Below, in pieces: positions 11,450 through 25,437 of a DNA stretch of 64,000 nucleotides; within the stretch, counting starts at the first letter, position 1; each line of letters opens with the position of its first letter. Below the pieces are notes generated by a model. The model did no database searches and had not been told where the DNA came from. It worked only from the letters and a program-made list of their open reading frames with translations. The stretch lies in assembly GCF_009834535.1 (NCBI RefSeq), contig NC_045696.1:43340001-43404000 (forward strand). Reading direction: 5' to 3'. The position numbers and the translations under genes were made by a program. This DNA is from Camelus ferus (Eukaryota).

Positions 11450-14400
11450 TGTATTTCTAATGATTCATATCAAAGAAACCTATTTCATTTCCTGCAGAAA
11501 TCAAGATTTAAATTATATTTAAACCTATGGTAAATCTTACACAAATTGATCATTCAAAAATAATAGAAATTGTTGTATCAGAATAAAATTATTTAAGACA
11601 TCCTGAAATATAAATTAAATGAACATTATGTTTTTATATCGCATAGTAAGTCCTTCTAATTTGCATGTTATTATACTAGTTTACAGTACCAGCTGATATA
11701 GAATAGACATTGTTCCAGCTTTCAAGGAGCCTGTAATCATGGAGAGATCATAGTAACCATTGTGACTGGGAAATAAGAACCTGGAGAATAAAAGCCATTA
11801 TCTGTAAGTACTGTAAGTCAATTTCTAATTTAAGTAGCTCATAGGGATATTATGACTGAGGTTCAAAGTATTATGTAACTGCATTGGAGGGCTGTGCACT
11901 ACAGACGAATGAACTGGGAAGCAGAAATCACTGATGAAGTCTCCTCTGATCTTTCTAGGCAATCTATATGGGAGGTGGGATAAGGAGGTTAGAATGATGC
12001 AGCCAAGTATTTTAAATCTGTGTTACTATTCTAGGAAAGCAGACTTCTGTATGAGGTAAGAAGATGAGATACTTGAGCTTGTACAAGGAGATGAAAAGAG
12101 ACAGATAAAATGGACATGTTGATGAAGGGTTTTCTGTCAGTGGGAAATTCACAGAGTATTTAAACTCATATTAATTAATCATTTGGAACTTGATAGAGCT
12201 ATATTTAGCTCTTGAGTCTAGAGGAAAAGTTACTCTGTTTCAGTCCTATTTGGAAGAGTAGGAGGCTAGTCTGCAGATCTATTTAAGTAAGGAGATTTAC
12301 AGAATCTGGCTGTCTAAAACATTAGAGAAGAATGGATCTTCTGAATATATTTTTCAACAAACCTATCTGTTTTTATTTTTGTGAAGCAAACTTTTATCAC
12401 TGCTTACCTCCAATATCCATTTTCATGAATTTAAAAATATACATCTAATAATTAGATTATAAGATCTTGCTGATGAGAATTTCAGACTTTAGTCTTTTCT
12501 ATTATTTTGCTGATCTCTGAATCTCTCTCTACTTAAAAAATAGTTTAGAGGAAGCTTTTGAAATTAGCCTTTAAGGTTCCTCTAGGTAATGTTAAAGACT
12601 GATAGCTGTAATTTTATCACAGTATCCATGGGTATGTGTCTATAATATTAATAAAAATAATATTCTACATGGAATAACAGTTCCAGTATTTTCAGTTTGC
12701 TTAGTTCATGCAGCAAACTTATGCGATATACTAAGAATTTCAGGTAGATTTAAATGTGACCAAAACAGAAAGGAATGCTCTTTATTGTCATTATCCATGC
12801 CTTTATCTCTAGAGAGCAAATTCAGGGCAGATTGCTTATTTCATTTACACGACCCAGGATGGCTTAGTGAAAATAACAGTCAAGATGCATCTTACTTCTA
12901 ATGGGTACTGAAATGACCAAAATCAATAGCAAACTATAAAAACATTCATCAGTCTTATATTCTCCTAATAAAAGCTGAAACACGTTAAGAATCAGAAGCA
13001 GCAAGATATAGGACTTCTTTTTTTTCGGAGAATACACCTCTTTAAATTAGAAAAATTCACCATTATTCATTTTGGGACATGCAGGGAAGTTTTTTCCCCA
13101 TTTTTTGCGTGTATTTTTCTTTCTTCTTATATAGTAGTAAGTATCATCTAGGTGGTATTCTGTCTCCTTGGACACTGAATATTTTTTCTGGTTTAACCCT
13201 AGTGGATAACTGTATCCTCTTCTATGGAAATTTTTCTAAAATCTTGAAATAGATATATATCATAATTTTAAACATCAACATGTTTGCTGACAATGTAGGC
13301 ATTTTCATATTTAAAGTGTCATAATTGTATTGGTTCAAGATGCAAATATTTGACAGTTATTAATAAAACATTCACTACTTACATAATATCACCTAATGGT
13401 TGTACAGCACATAATGGTTTTTTAAAGTACTTTTGACATACATTATCTCATAAGTATACATGCCGTAATGCATTACTGCCTCTAACCTAATCACAGGAGA
13501 AAACTGAATTTAGTCTTGCAAGACTCATATTTGAGTAAAACTTGCCTTGGGTATGACATAGTGCTAGCCAACCCTGGTCACCCCTGTTCCCTTAAAATTT
13601 TCCTTTATCCATTTCCCATATTCTTCTCCTCATTCCTGAATACTAACAAAATACATGCTAGCTAGAATTTGCTTCATGGAAATTTGTTTCTGTAATTCTA
13701 GAAAAAATAAAATTGCTACCAATTACAAATCTTCAAAAAATTCTGTTGATATTTTCTGTTTGTAGCCTATATTAAGTTGACAATTAGATTTCCACATTTT
13801 GAACCAAAGTCTGTCAAATTATTCAAGTCAGAAAATGATTTCATACTAATACTTTATATATTGATTTTATTTTATGGTAGATAAATAGCTTCATTATCAC
13901 ACTGGATACTGATAGTAACACTAAATTTACTTGTGTTTGTTTTGATGAGATAAAGGTTGTAGAAGAGTTTAAAAACTGGTATAAAAGTTTGGGCATTAGT
14001 ATCATTAGATAATTAGACTGGGTAGAAAATTAATATTTCCATTTTGCAGTGGTATCTGGCTTGAAGCCTCACAGCTTCCACAATTACCCTAGTTCACTTT
14101 ACCAAGCTTAGCCCCATCTGCTTCTAATTAATTTCTGGTTACTCTCCCCAGTCACCAAGTAATTGAGTACACAGGTCCCAACAGCATCATATGAGAAGAA
14201 CTCTAAGTAGCACAGAAATGAAAGGAAATTAGCCCCATGAATCTTTGTCTATAAAATATGTAAAAAAAGTTTGTATCAAATTTAATAATAAATTATCATC
14301 ATGAATTTAAGGGAAGTTTACATTAAATAATCTATTAATTAGTTAAATAAAGTCCAAATATTAAGTATCTGTTTCTATAAATAAGTCTATTATTTATTTT

Positions 14401-14774
14401 ATTGTAATCATTTTGTCAGACAGTTATACAGGTTATATTAGCTTTATAAAATGAATTGAAACTATTATTTTTCTAGACCCATTCTTGAAACAAAAATATA
14501 GATAGATTCATCACACACATATGTATAAAATTTTTCCCTCCGGAATTATTATTAGTCTATTCAGATTTTCTAACCCTTCTTTTGTCCATATGAGCATCTT
14601 TGTCTAGATAATTGATTGGCAAAAATTGTCTAAAGCAAATAGTGAGATTATTTACTGGTTTATTGACTTATCTTTCAGAGCAAAAATTTTCCAGAGAGAA
14701 CTTACAATGACATAGGTGGCCTTAGGTATCAGACACAGTGGCTTGATTAATGTTCATTCAAGTGGTCTCAATTC

Positions 14775-15000
14775 TCAGTCACAAACAAATCCTCTAGGGT
14801 CTGGACAGATAAAAATAAATCAGTCAATGAGACCAAGTAGTTAAAAATACAGAGCAGAAGGAATTTTGAGAACTTGAGGAATACCTCCATAACCAAAGGC
14901 AATAAAACAACAATAAAAACAAGATACCATGTAGGCCAGACAAAACTTATCCATTATTCGAATTTGACCTCAGTCTACCCACCAGTTTGCTCTATCTCAT
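14775..15000. mobile_element. hAT-Charlie MITE remnant, MER102-like
   Basis: Start CACAAACAAATCCTCTAGGGTCTGGACAG and end TGTAGGCCAGACAAAAC..ATTTGACC..CCACCAGTTTGC resemble MER102. Confidence 0.4.
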
Positions 15001-15238
15001 TTACAGCATGTTATATTACCTCTTGATCTTCCATTCATTTCTCATCACACTATAGTCTGTTGTCTATCTCTCACCAATATAAAAAACATTTTGCTAAACC
15101 ATAAAATGATCTCATTGGCTAATTCTAGGACTGTTTTTGGAGCTTCAGTCTCATTTGACTTATCATCAGTATTTGGCATAGTATTTTTATATTTTAGATA
15201 TTGGCCTTAAAATAATGATTTTAAAAATAAAGTTTTCA

Positions 15239-15862
15239 GTGCAGCCACTATGGGAAACAGTATGGAGATTCCTTAATAAAACTAAAAATAGTTAGCATGT
15301 GATCCAGCAATCTCAACTTCTGGGCATATATCTGGAGAAACCTCTAATTCAAAAAAGATACATGCACTCCAATGTTCATAGTAGCATTATTTACAATAGC
15401 CAAGACATGGAAGCAACCTAAATGTCCATCAACAAATGACTGGACAAAGAAGTTGTGGTATATTTATACAATAGAATATTACTCAGCCATGAAATAGAAT
15501 GAAATAATGCCATTTGTAGCACCATGGACAGATGTGGAGGTTATCATATTAGGTGAAGTAAATCAGACAGAGAAAGACAAATATCATATGATATCACTTA
15601 TATGTAGAGTTTAAAAAATGATACAAATGAACTTATTTATAGAACCGAGACTAACAGACACAGAAAGCAAACCTATAGTTTACCAAAGGGGAAAATGGGT
15701 GGGAGGGATAAATTAGGAGCTTGGGATTAGCAGAAACAAATTACTATATATAAAATAGATACACAATAAAGTTTGTATAACACAAACTGTATAGCACAGA
15801 GAACTATATTCAACATATTATAATAAACCATAATGGAAAAGAAAAAATATAAATAAATAGAG
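15239..15862 (+). mobile_element. 5'-truncated L1 (ORF2 end plus cetartiodactyl-type 3'UTR)
   Basis: GCAGCCACTATGG..ATTTACAATAGCCAAGACATGGAAGCAACCTAAATGTCCATC and 3'UTR GGGAGGGATAAATTAGGAG..TGTATAGCACAG. Degenerate TSD AAAATAAA(G)TTTTCA at 15224-15238 and 15863-15876. Confidence 0.9.
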
Positions 15863-17049
15863 AAAATAAATTTTCATGCCTCTTACCTATTTAACTTTGA
15901 GTGTTGAATGACTATTATCCATAAAATGATTTGAACCATTACCTTTTACTTATACTCTAAGCTTATTATAATTTCCTACTTTTATATATGTAATTCACTT
16001 ACATTTTCATGTAATGTCTCTTTTCTTTATAAAAACAATAGCAGTCACTATATATTCATTCACTAAGCATTTACTGAATGATTTTCAAGTTCTAGATTGG
16101 TTATTTTCAATCTTGGCCCTTATTAGAAACAATGTTCAGTTTTTTAAAAATGCCTGAACTAATCCCACAGAAACTGTGTTTTATTTAACCTAATATCTAT
16201 CTTGTTATCATTAAGTTTTTATATTTTGTAGGTGGTTATACCTAAGACAGAGCTACTCAAAGCTCTGAGGGTATCAAAGACAAGCAAGACATGGCTTCTT
16301 TACTGGGCAAGCTGCTTGATCCCTTATTTCTCTCATTTCTCTTAAGAAATGCATAATGAACTGCCTCCATGTAATTTGCTTAATGGATCTCTGGTGGAAT
16401 AAAATCACATTTTATTTCATTTCAACCCACATAACATGCACTGACATTTAAGGGATACACCCATTTTCATAAGACAGTCCCTTTGATAGAACTGTCTCCG
16501 TGTCCTTACAGATGTACCATATGCCACTGATTTGTAGATCTTTTTACAGTATAATTCTCCCTGAAGGAGGTATTGATATTAAGCAGAACAATGGCTTTGG
16601 TTATGTAGGCTTTATTCATTTTTTTCTTCCAATATTTGAGGAATGAGTAGTTTTTGACAAACACAGAACTGTGCACTGGGAAAACAATGATTTAAAACAT
16701 GCTTCTTATTCCCCCGTTGAGAACATTTCATTAATACATGCATATTTATTTTCATTCGACTTTTACCAAAAAAGAACAAAGAACAATGAACAGTCATGTT
16801 CTTACCATTCTGCTTCAACAACTGTCAACATTTTTCCTTGCTTGTTTCATCTATTCTTCCAGCATCTTTCTGTTGTTGGAATGTTTTAAAATGAATTCAG
16901 AACACTTTAACATTTCATCCATAAATATTACATTATGTATCTCAAAAAAATCCATTGTGTTACATAACTAAATGTTCTTATTATATCTTAAAAACTTAAA
17001 AATAATTATATAGTATCACCTATTACCCAGTCAGTATGCAAAAGCTCAA

Positions 17050-17620
17050 AGAATTGTGTGTATACGTGGACCAAAGTACAGGTAGAAGAATGTTGATCGC
17101 AGCAGTGCTCATAATAGCCCAAATCTGGCAATACCCAAAGAGAATTTCAACAATAGAATGGATGGATAAATTTTAGTATAATCATGCAATAGAGTAAGCT
17201 ACAGTAATTTAAAACATAATATTAAAATGATTAAAGTTCTGTTGCACACAACATGGATGAATCTTAGAACCACTGAGCTTGACAGAAATAAATCCAGATC
17301 TAAAAGGATATATGCTTTGGTTTCACTTAAAGATCAACGATAGCTCACCTCCAAAAAAGAGGGAGAGACACAGGCAGAGACAGAGACACGGAAAGAGAGA
17401 GACAAGATAGAGGTCATCTTGGAGTCACTGATGATAGAAAGACAGAGTCAGTGGAAGGTTATCACGTGGACATCAGGGGGATTTTGTACTGTTCTACTAC
17501 TGCACTTTTCCTAGACTGGAAGTTGGGTACATGTGTATGTTCATTATATGATAATTCAAGCCTTATATGCAAGCTTGATTCACTTGCCTCTATGTACATT
17601 ATTTGTCAGTAAGAAATTTT
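17050..17620 (+). mobile_element. Ancient L1 3' end (L1ME/L1MD-like)
   Basis: AGAATGTTGATCGCAGCAGTGCTCATAATAGCCCAAATCTGG, AACATGGATGAATCTTAGAA, GGTACATGTGTATGTTCATT. Confidence 0.65.
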
Positions 17621-17819
17621 TAAAGTAATAGGAAAAAATTATAGACCAAGTACATTCACAGAAATCTTACTTCCATTACTCTTCTTATTCTTGTTCTGTT
17701 TCCTCCCTGATTTTAAAGGAAACTGTTTTTACTATTTTTAATCTATCATTTTTGTTTGCAAATAGTAGGTATACACATACATGCACATATATCCCCACCA
17801 TTTGCACTAAATACTGCAT

Positions 17820-18190
17820 GCAGTCTACAAAGTTCTATAGCTTGATTCTTTCACTGAATTATGTCTTTGAAATAAGCCTATATACACTCATTCTATTTCA
17901 CTGATGTACACTGCTCCATCGTGAGAATGTGGTATAGATTATGCAATCCATCTCCTATTAATGGATACTTACGCCATTTTGAATCTTTTGTTATTAGAAA
18001 TAATACCTACATGAATAAATTTGTGCCTGTGTCACTTTACTTTTTGTGAGTATAACTTCTGAAGAGACTCCTATTACAGGTGGGATTTCTGTGTCAAAGT
18101 ATTAATGAAAATGTAGTTTTGTAAGATATTGCCAAATTCTGCTTCATAATGGATGTATTATTTTGCATTGTCATAAAAATATATGAGAGG
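17820..18190 (-). mobile_element. Ancient L1 fragment (L1ME-like), antisense
   Basis: ATCCATCTCCTATTAATGGATACTTA..TTTTGTTATTA, GGGATTTCTGTGTCAAAG, AGATATTGCCAAATT. Confidence 0.65.
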
Positions 18191-19180
18191 AAATGAGAGG
18201 GGGAAAAGTAATGGATCAAACTGCTTCTCAGTGAAGAAGCTGTTCTTTCTCTATCCTTCAGTGCCTAAGGTAGTACAAAAAGTTTTGGATTCATCTGGTG
18301 CATGTTTACTGAATAAACAATGGGACAGCTTTTTGTTTGTTTTGTATTATACAGAAAGTTTGTTGTACTTAGTGTTAAGAGAATGGTTAAGAGAAACAAT
18401 CCCTAGGAAAGAAACGAGAATTCTATGTTCAAATAGGTTGGCAGTTAATTTATTAAGTCAGAATTTATTAAGAAAAACACTATGTTTTGGAAGTCACTTA
18501 AAAATAAAAAATATCCTGCAAACAGATATAGATATCTACCAGTGTCTCAGCAAAACACCCCAGGCTGGTAGCTAAGTTAAGTAAACAAAATGTGAGAAAT
18601 AAATGAAATGCTACTAAAAGAAAAATTCTCTTGGCAAATTTTGCACCCTCGAGGATAAAGAGAGCCATTGCATTTTCTAACAATAAATTTTAAAAAAAGA
18701 TCTAAAGACGCTTTTTCAAAGTCATACTTTTTTGCCAACAAACCTGAATTTCAGAAAGAAAATCTGACACGCCCATGAAAACATAAGAAATTCCAAAATA
18801 ACCTGTGTGCCCAGAGAGCGAATTACTATCTCACACAGGCAGACCCAAACAATCTAAACTTTTTAATACTTAGATATTCTGGAGATCCACTCTGTCAAAA
18901 TCCCCAAATATATTTAAATTATGTAGAACCTACCAAGGGGAAAAATAAAAAGATTTGGAAAGACTTTTGCAGCTGTTCTCCAAAGAGAAGAGGAAGATGT
19001 TATCCCCTCCAGAGGATGAGATATCGGGTCACAGTATGAACAGAATATGTTTTCTTTACCTAAGATAAATAGCAATGTCTATGTTATCATAATTTCTCAT
19101 TTCCTTGGCAACTCATCTGTAAATCTGGAGATGGAGGACTTAATGTGAGGACAAGACCAACCTGGAAAAGAAAGTGCTTG

Positions 19181-19402
19181 CAGGGGGTGGGAAGGGACAG
19201 ACTGGGATTTTAAAATGCAGAACAGATAAACAAGATTATACTGTATAGCACAGGGAAATATATACAAGATCTTGTGGTAGCTCACAGTGAAAAAAAATAT
19301 GACAAGGAATATATCTATGTTCATGTATAACTGAAAAATTGTGCTCTATACTAGAATTTGACACATTATAAAATGACTATTACTCAATAAAAAATATTAA
19401 AA
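19181..19402 (+). mobile_element. Very short 5'-truncated young L1 (3'UTR only) with TSD
   Basis: Closely similar to the 3'UTR at 34840-35050 (GGGTGGGAAGGGA.AGACTGGGATTT, CTGTATAGCACAGGGAAATATA, TAACTGAAAAATTGTGCT, TCAATAAAAAAT). TSD AAAGTGCTTG at 19171-19180 and 19403-19412. Confidence 0.92.
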
Positions 19403-19462
19403 AAAGTGCTTGAAGGAAACTGCTTGAGTTGTTCACCTTCCCCAAGCCATATCAATAAATGC

Positions 19463-19488
19463 ATATATATATATATATATATATATAT
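19463..19488. repeat. (AT)13 microsatellite
   Basis: Read directly from the sequence. Confidence 0.95.
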
Positions 19489-19829
19489 TAGATACATACA
19501 AATGACTTGTTGATTGATAGCTCATAAGAATATTATTTTTGTCTAAATAATGTAGCAATTGAAAGTAGCAATGGATAGCAGAGAGCAAACTGTGCTCACT
19601 AATACACTAACAAAATTTAGCTTCAGCTAAAAACTGTAAAAATAGTTCTATCCTAAACCATGTAGCCACTAACTATATCTTAATTGTGTGCATCTATTCA
19701 TCTGTTCATTCAAAAGATGTTTATTGATTTCCTCTTTAATGTTAAGAATCAGAGGTAACATCATGAATGTAACTTATGATTCCATTACTTTTCTACCCTT
19801 CCCCATTTTTGTTTTGTTTTGTTTTGTTT

Positions 19830-20320
19830 AACTCCAGCCAATGTTTTAGGGATAAATTCTACATAAGCTTTGATGAGGTTTACATGGTTAAAACCCAATA
19901 GGTTCTTGGTTCTGTGCTGTATCATGTGTTTCTTGCTTCCCTTAAGGGCTTCTTTGTTGTTTCAATGTGGGGTGAAAAGGGGACACCATTTAGCATTCAC
20001 GCCCATGCAACCTGAATGTACACAGAAACTGATGCACACAAAGTCTCCTCTGACCAATAGGTAAAGTCCTAAGAAGAAATGTATCCCTTTTTATCTTCCT
20101 ACTAATAGTTTCTGGGATTTAGTTCATAATAATCCTGAGATGTCCCATAAGAATTGAGCACCAGTCTCTCTTAGGACTGAGCAACTCTATATTGCACTCT
20201 TGTATTCATTTTTCCTCCTTAATTTTCCAGTGTTGTTCACCTACTCTCTGAAATTTAACTGACAATAAAGTATCTTCAATCAAACCTTTATCTTTGCTTT
20301 CATGGTCATCTCAGCGAAGG
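19830..20320 (+). mobile_element. Old ERVL-class LTR (LTR16/LTR67-like), diverged
   Basis: GACCAATAGG, GTCCCATAAGAATTGAGCACCAGT and a terminal AATAAAGT; similar layout to 36000-36296. Confidence 0.4.
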
Positions 20321-20644
20321 TAATTGGTAACCTTTGGATAGAATTTTCAAGTTGGATTACTTACCTCGTAGCAGGGAATTTAGGAATTAACTATTGCTTT
20401 GGTAATTCAAGGTGATGATCACCAGGTACTTGTGGTAGCATCAAATGATCATGACTTTCACCTGAAATGATTGAGATTGGGCGCAGGGAGAAAATAAAGT
20501 GTTGAATTACAAGGAAGCTTTGGCATTTAAAATGAAGACAAGGATTATATAAGGAGTGTGTAATGACGTGATTTTTGTTAACTTCTTTGGAAGCCTTAAA
20601 AATATAAAATTGTAGAATTAGGTTAACCATTTACATAACTCAAG

Positions 20645-21095
20645 CAAACCCCATAGTGTTTTCCATAATGTCTGAGCCAATTTATATTCCCACAAACAGT
20701 ATACATAGTTTCCCTTTTCTCCATATTCTCTCCAACACTTATCTTTTGTTGTTTTAATAACAGCTATCCTAACAGTTGTGAGGTGATATCTTATTGTGGT
20801 TTAGATTTGCTTTTCCCTGATAATTAATGATGCTGAGCACCTTTGCAACTTTTCATATTTCTTTTGACCAATTATATGTCTTCTTTAGAGAAAAGTCTAA
20901 TCATGCCCTTTGTCCATTTTTAATCAAATTATTGGATTATTTATTTATTTATTCATTTTTCGCTATTGGGTTATAGTTCTTTATATATTTTGGATAGTAA
21001 CTCCTTATCAGATACATGATTTGTGTATGTTATCTCCTATTCCCTTGATTGTCTCTTCACCCTGTTGATTGCTTTCTTAGCATTTAGTTTAAGGT
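20645..21095 (-). mobile_element. L1 ORF2 C-terminal fragment, antisense
   Basis: CCAATTTATATTCCCACAAACAGT, TTCCCTTTTCTCCATATTCTCTCCAACACTT, TCCTAACAGTTGTGAGGTGATATCTTATTGTGGTTT. Confidence 0.9.
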
Positions 21096-21652
21096 ATACT
21101 ACACATTCAATGGAATGACCATTCTGCCAGATTTTCTACGTGTCAGTTTGTTTTCTGGAACTGCTTCTCCTCCAGTCTTCTTCCTTATCATCTGGCACTG
21201 GTTCAGAAGCACTCATCTCCATCAAGTTTTCTTCTGTTAATTCCTCTGCGTGGTGTCTATTAGCTCTTGGATTTCTCCAAGATCCCTATCTTGAAGCCCT
21301 TCACCCACCCTCCTTTTTTCCATATCCACAAGCCTCTCTCATGATTTCCTTGATTGGCTTTGTCTTAAATCTTGTGAAGTCATACACAACATCTGGACAT
21401 AATTTTCTCCAGCAGGAATTTATTGCTTTGAGCTTGATGGCATTCATAGCTTTTTGAATGACAACATCTTAAATAGTGTAATCCTTCCAGAATTTCATGA
21501 TGTTCTATCAGGTTTTCTTCCATAGTGTTAACAATCCTTTCCATACAGTACCATGTGTAATGAGCCTTAAAAGTCCTTACAACTTCCTATCTATAGGCTG
21601 AATTAAGAGACGTTGTGTTTGGGGGCACAAACGCTGTCCCTTACACTTGCTC

Positions 21653-21691
21653 AAAACAAAACAAAACAAACAAAACAAAACAAAACAAAAC
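21653..21691. repeat. (AAAAC)n simple repeat
   Basis: Read directly from the sequence. Confidence 0.9.
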
Positions 21692-21764
21692 TGATTTCTT
21701 AATAATTATCTGGACACAAGCCTTTTAGTCAAGACTTGTTTTTAAGAAACTGTAGCTTAAAGGA

Positions 21765-22000
21765 ATAAACAAAATAGATATGGCCTCTGCCCACATTGAA
21801 ATTTGACTAGTTGAGAAGACATATAAAGCTGATAATCACTTGAATAAGTAAATCATTAAAATAGTGATGATGGTTATGAGAAATAGTATAAAATGCTATG
21901 AGCATATAAATAAGATGGACTTTTCAGGAAGGTCCCTTTAATGAAGTGATATATAAGCTGAAAATTGAGGAATCATCAGGAGTTAGTCATGCAGATATCC
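21765..22000 (-). mobile_element. L2 3' fragment
   Basis: AACAAAATAGATATGGCCTCTGCCC and GGAAGGTCCCTTTAATGAAGTGATATATAAGCTGAAAATTGAGGA. Confidence 0.6.
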
Positions 22001-22639
22001 TGACTTTTTGAATGATATTCTTTCTAGTGTACACTCAAGAGTTTTTATTTTAAACAAATTGTCCAGATGATTCTTTTTATAAAATAAAGGCTTGAAAATT
22101 TAACCTGGAGATAGTTAATATTAATGTTTCTCAGTACTGATTTTATACCTGTGACTAATGTTGCAATGTCTTATATATAACCTTAATTTGGATTACTAAG
22201 ATTCTTACTTCATGTATAAAAAAGTGATTCATTATATATTCTCACATATTCCAGATGAGAGTCAAAATTAATCAGTATTTCCAGACAGTTTAGCAGCCTA
22301 TATCCAGTTTTGAAAATAGTTATAACATTTGACCTAGTAATTGTATGAACTTATCATATAAAAGTAATTCAAAATATGGTCAAATCAGACTACCAAACAC
22401 AACAAAAATTTAAAAAGCAACCTACATGATGAATAATATAAAAGTGATTAGGTAAATTAAACTCTATCTATACTATATTTCTACCAGAATTATGTTTTAT
22501 ACAATTTTAATAACATAGAAAAATGCTTCATCAAAAATTATAACTTAAAAATGATATTGATTTGTACATAATTTCAAATATGTATAAACACAGAACCCCA
22601 AGCTCAAAAAATGGAAGTAAATATAGCTGTAAGTAAAGA

Positions 22640-24058
22640 CTTCCAATAGAGAAAAGAGTCTCTTCAACAAATGGTTGTGGGAAAACTTGGTATCTACATG
22701 GAAAAAAATTTAAATTGGACCCCTTCTTTACACCCTACACAAAAATCAACTCAAATGAATTAAATACTTAAATTCAAGACCTGACACTGTAAAACTTTTA
22801 GACAAAATATAAGGAAAAGCTTCTCAACATTGATCTTGACAGTAATTTCTTGGATGACACCAAAAGCAAGGCAACAAAAGCAAAAGTGAACAAGCAGGAC
22901 TACATCAAATTAAAAAGCAGAGGAAACCATCAACAGAATGAAAAAGCAACCTATGGGATGGGAGAAAATATTTATAAACCATATATCTGATAAGGAGTTA
23001 ATTTCCAAAATATATAGGGAACTTCTACAATTTAATAGCAAAAATACAGGTAAGTTGATTAAAAAAAAAGGGGGGGGGGCAAAAGACTAAAATAAGCATT
23101 TACCTGAAGAAGGCATATAAATGACTGAAAGGTGTATCAAAAGATGCTCAACATCACTAATTATAAGGGAAATGCAACTCAAAATTATAATGAAATATTA
23201 CCTCACACCTGGTAGGATGGCTGTTATTAAATAAATTGATAAATAGAAGATATTGATGACATTGTGGAGAGATTAGAACCCTCATAAACTAGTGGAAATG
23301 TAAAATGGTTTAGCAGCTAAGGAAACAGTACAGAGATTCCTCCAAAAATTAAATATAGAATTGATTCAGCAATTCCACTTCTGGGTATCTAACCAAAAGA
23401 ACTGAAATCAGAATCTTGAAAAGATACCAGCACATCCATGTTCACTGCAGTACTGTTAACAATAGCCAATAAATGGACACAAGCTAAATGTCCATCAGTA
23501 GATGAATGGATAAAGAAAATACAGTGCATACATGCAATGGAATGTTATTCATCCTTTAAAAAAAAAAAGGATATCCTGACATTTGCAAAAACATGGATGA
23601 ACCTAGAAGACTATGTTAAGCAAAATAAGCTGGTTACAGAAGATCAACTACTACATGATTTCACTTACATGAGTTATATAAGATAGTCAAACTCATAGAA
23701 GTATAAAATGCAGTATTGATTGCCAGGAGCTAGAGGGTGGAGGAATGGGAAGTCATCATTCAATAAGTATAAAGTTTCAGTTATGCTGGAATAACAAGTT
23801 CCAGAGATCTGGGTAAAATGTAGTGTCTATAGTTAACAATATAGTATTTTTCGAAACTTGTTGAGGATACATCTCCTGTTAGGTAATCTTACCACAAGAG
23901 AAACAACAAACAATGGAGGATACAAGGAAACTCTTGGAGGTGTTGGATATGTCCATTGCCTTGACTGTGGTTTGCCTATGCCCAAACTGATTAAACTGTA
24001 CACATCAAGTAAGTGCAGTTCTTGTTATATCAATTATAAGTCAGTAAATTGCTATTAA
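22640..24058 (+). mobile_element. L1MA/L1MB-like element: degraded ORF2 3' part plus 3'UTR
   Basis: AGTCTCTTCAACAAATGG, ATATCTGATAAGGAGTTAAT, ORF 23438-23686 (AKCPSVDEWIKK..WMNLED) and 3'UTR AAGGAAACTCTTGGAGGTGTTGGATATGT. Confidence 0.9.
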
Positions 24059-24616
24059 AGAATACTTTCAGCAGAAAAGACTTTATTTTAATTTTACCTA
24101 AATGCAAAATAATTAAGTTTTATGAATAATATTATTTGTGATCATTTAGATATTATCATCTCTCTTGTCTCTCCTTTCTTGTTCTCACATATATACACAT
24201 TCTTGTTCACTGAGTTTTTGTCTATGCATTTTTCAGTTAAAAAATTCTTCTGAGTACATATATAATATCCCCGAAAAAAAGCTGTTTCTTTCTCTTTGAT
24301 GATTTTAGGACCAAAGAAATAATTTAGTAGATAAAAAAGATTTCTAAGTAGAATGAACCAACCTAAACTCTAAATACAGGGTTTTTGTTTGTTTGTTTTT
24401 ACGTTGGGAAAATGAGATGGGAGTAATGAAGTCCTGAAGTAAATACACTTAAGAATTTACTTTAGTTACATAATATACACTTCATTTTATAAATATTTTC
24501 CTGATGGGATTTGGCACATTTATCAGTCAATTTTTAGTTATTACATGTCAGGTAAACTCCAAAGACATGTAGATTAACTAGTTTGAACCAATGTGGTTAT
24601 CTTAATATGTCTAGAT

Positions 24617-24825
24617 CTGTGCTTAACAAGATGGTAATCAATATGCACATGTGGCTTTTTAAATTTAAATTAACTAAAATTTAATGAGATTAAAAATTTA
24701 GTTCCTCAGTAACAATGGCTACTTTTCAAATTCTCAGTGGCCACATATGACTTGCACCTACAGTATTGGACAGTGCAGATACAGAGTATTTCCATCATCA
24801 GAGAAAATATTATTAGAGAGCACTG
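24617..24825 (-). mobile_element. MER3 (hAT-Charlie MITE)
   Basis: CACATGTGGC..AAATTTAAATTAA, AGTTCCTCAGT, GTATTGGACAGTGCAGATACAGAGTATTTCCATCATCA..AGCACTG. Confidence 0.85.
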
Positions 24826-24944
24826 TTCTTGAGCTTTTATGAAAAAATTACTTCAAAAAAACTTTTCAAAATATTCCTAAATTTTTGTAGAGCTGCCTTA
24901 AATTTGTATTTAAATGTGGTTGAAACAAATTAGATTTCTAAACT

Positions 24945-25437
24945 ACGCTTGTTTACTCTCAAATTCATATATCACCCTTCCCCTTTTTCATTGTGTAACT
25001 CCGAGAGCTGCATTTAGCAGGGTCTCTTATCCTTTAACATGGGGTTAGATGTGGCCAGAACAAGAAATTTCTTTGCTTCCTGGCATGTGTTGTAGTGACT
25101 GCATCTCCTCTCTCCCTCGGCTTTCCACAGTTTGTCCCTCTCTGCACGGTCTCAGTTCTGCTACAGAGTAAAGCCGGCCTGCTAGGCTTCTCGCTCCAGC
25201 TTCCTGTTCCTAGGTTCTCTGCCTTAGTAACAGTACCTCCATTGTTGTCTCTCAACTCTATGCAAATCAGCAGCTTCCTGCCTGCTATCCTCTGGAGTAT
25301 CTGCCTCTTGTATGTCTTCTCAGCTCTTTCAAACCCTGTTTAACCAATTCCATGTATTAAATCCCTCCCCCTTATTTTTTTTATTTTTTGAAAAACTAGA
25401 ATGGTCTCTGTTTTACTGACTAGATCCTGATAATACA
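24945..25437 (+). mobile_element. ERVL-class LTR (LTR33/LTR41/LTR50 group)
   Basis: Typical terminus TAACCAATTCCATGTATTAAATCCCT..CTAGAATGGTCTCTGTTTTACTGACTAGATCCTGATAATACA. Confidence 0.55.

Noticed and set aside
18183..18575. 130-aa ORF
   Set aside because: No recognisable domain, begins inside an L1 remnant, and its composition fits random AT-rich DNA
23061..23079. A9G10 run as a G-quadruplex or regulatory site
   Set aside because: Single G-run arising by slippage from the L1 consensus AAAAATGGGC
23438..23686. 82-aa ORF as a gene
   Set aside because: Decayed L1 ORF2 C-terminal fragment within a frameshifted L1MA/MB copy
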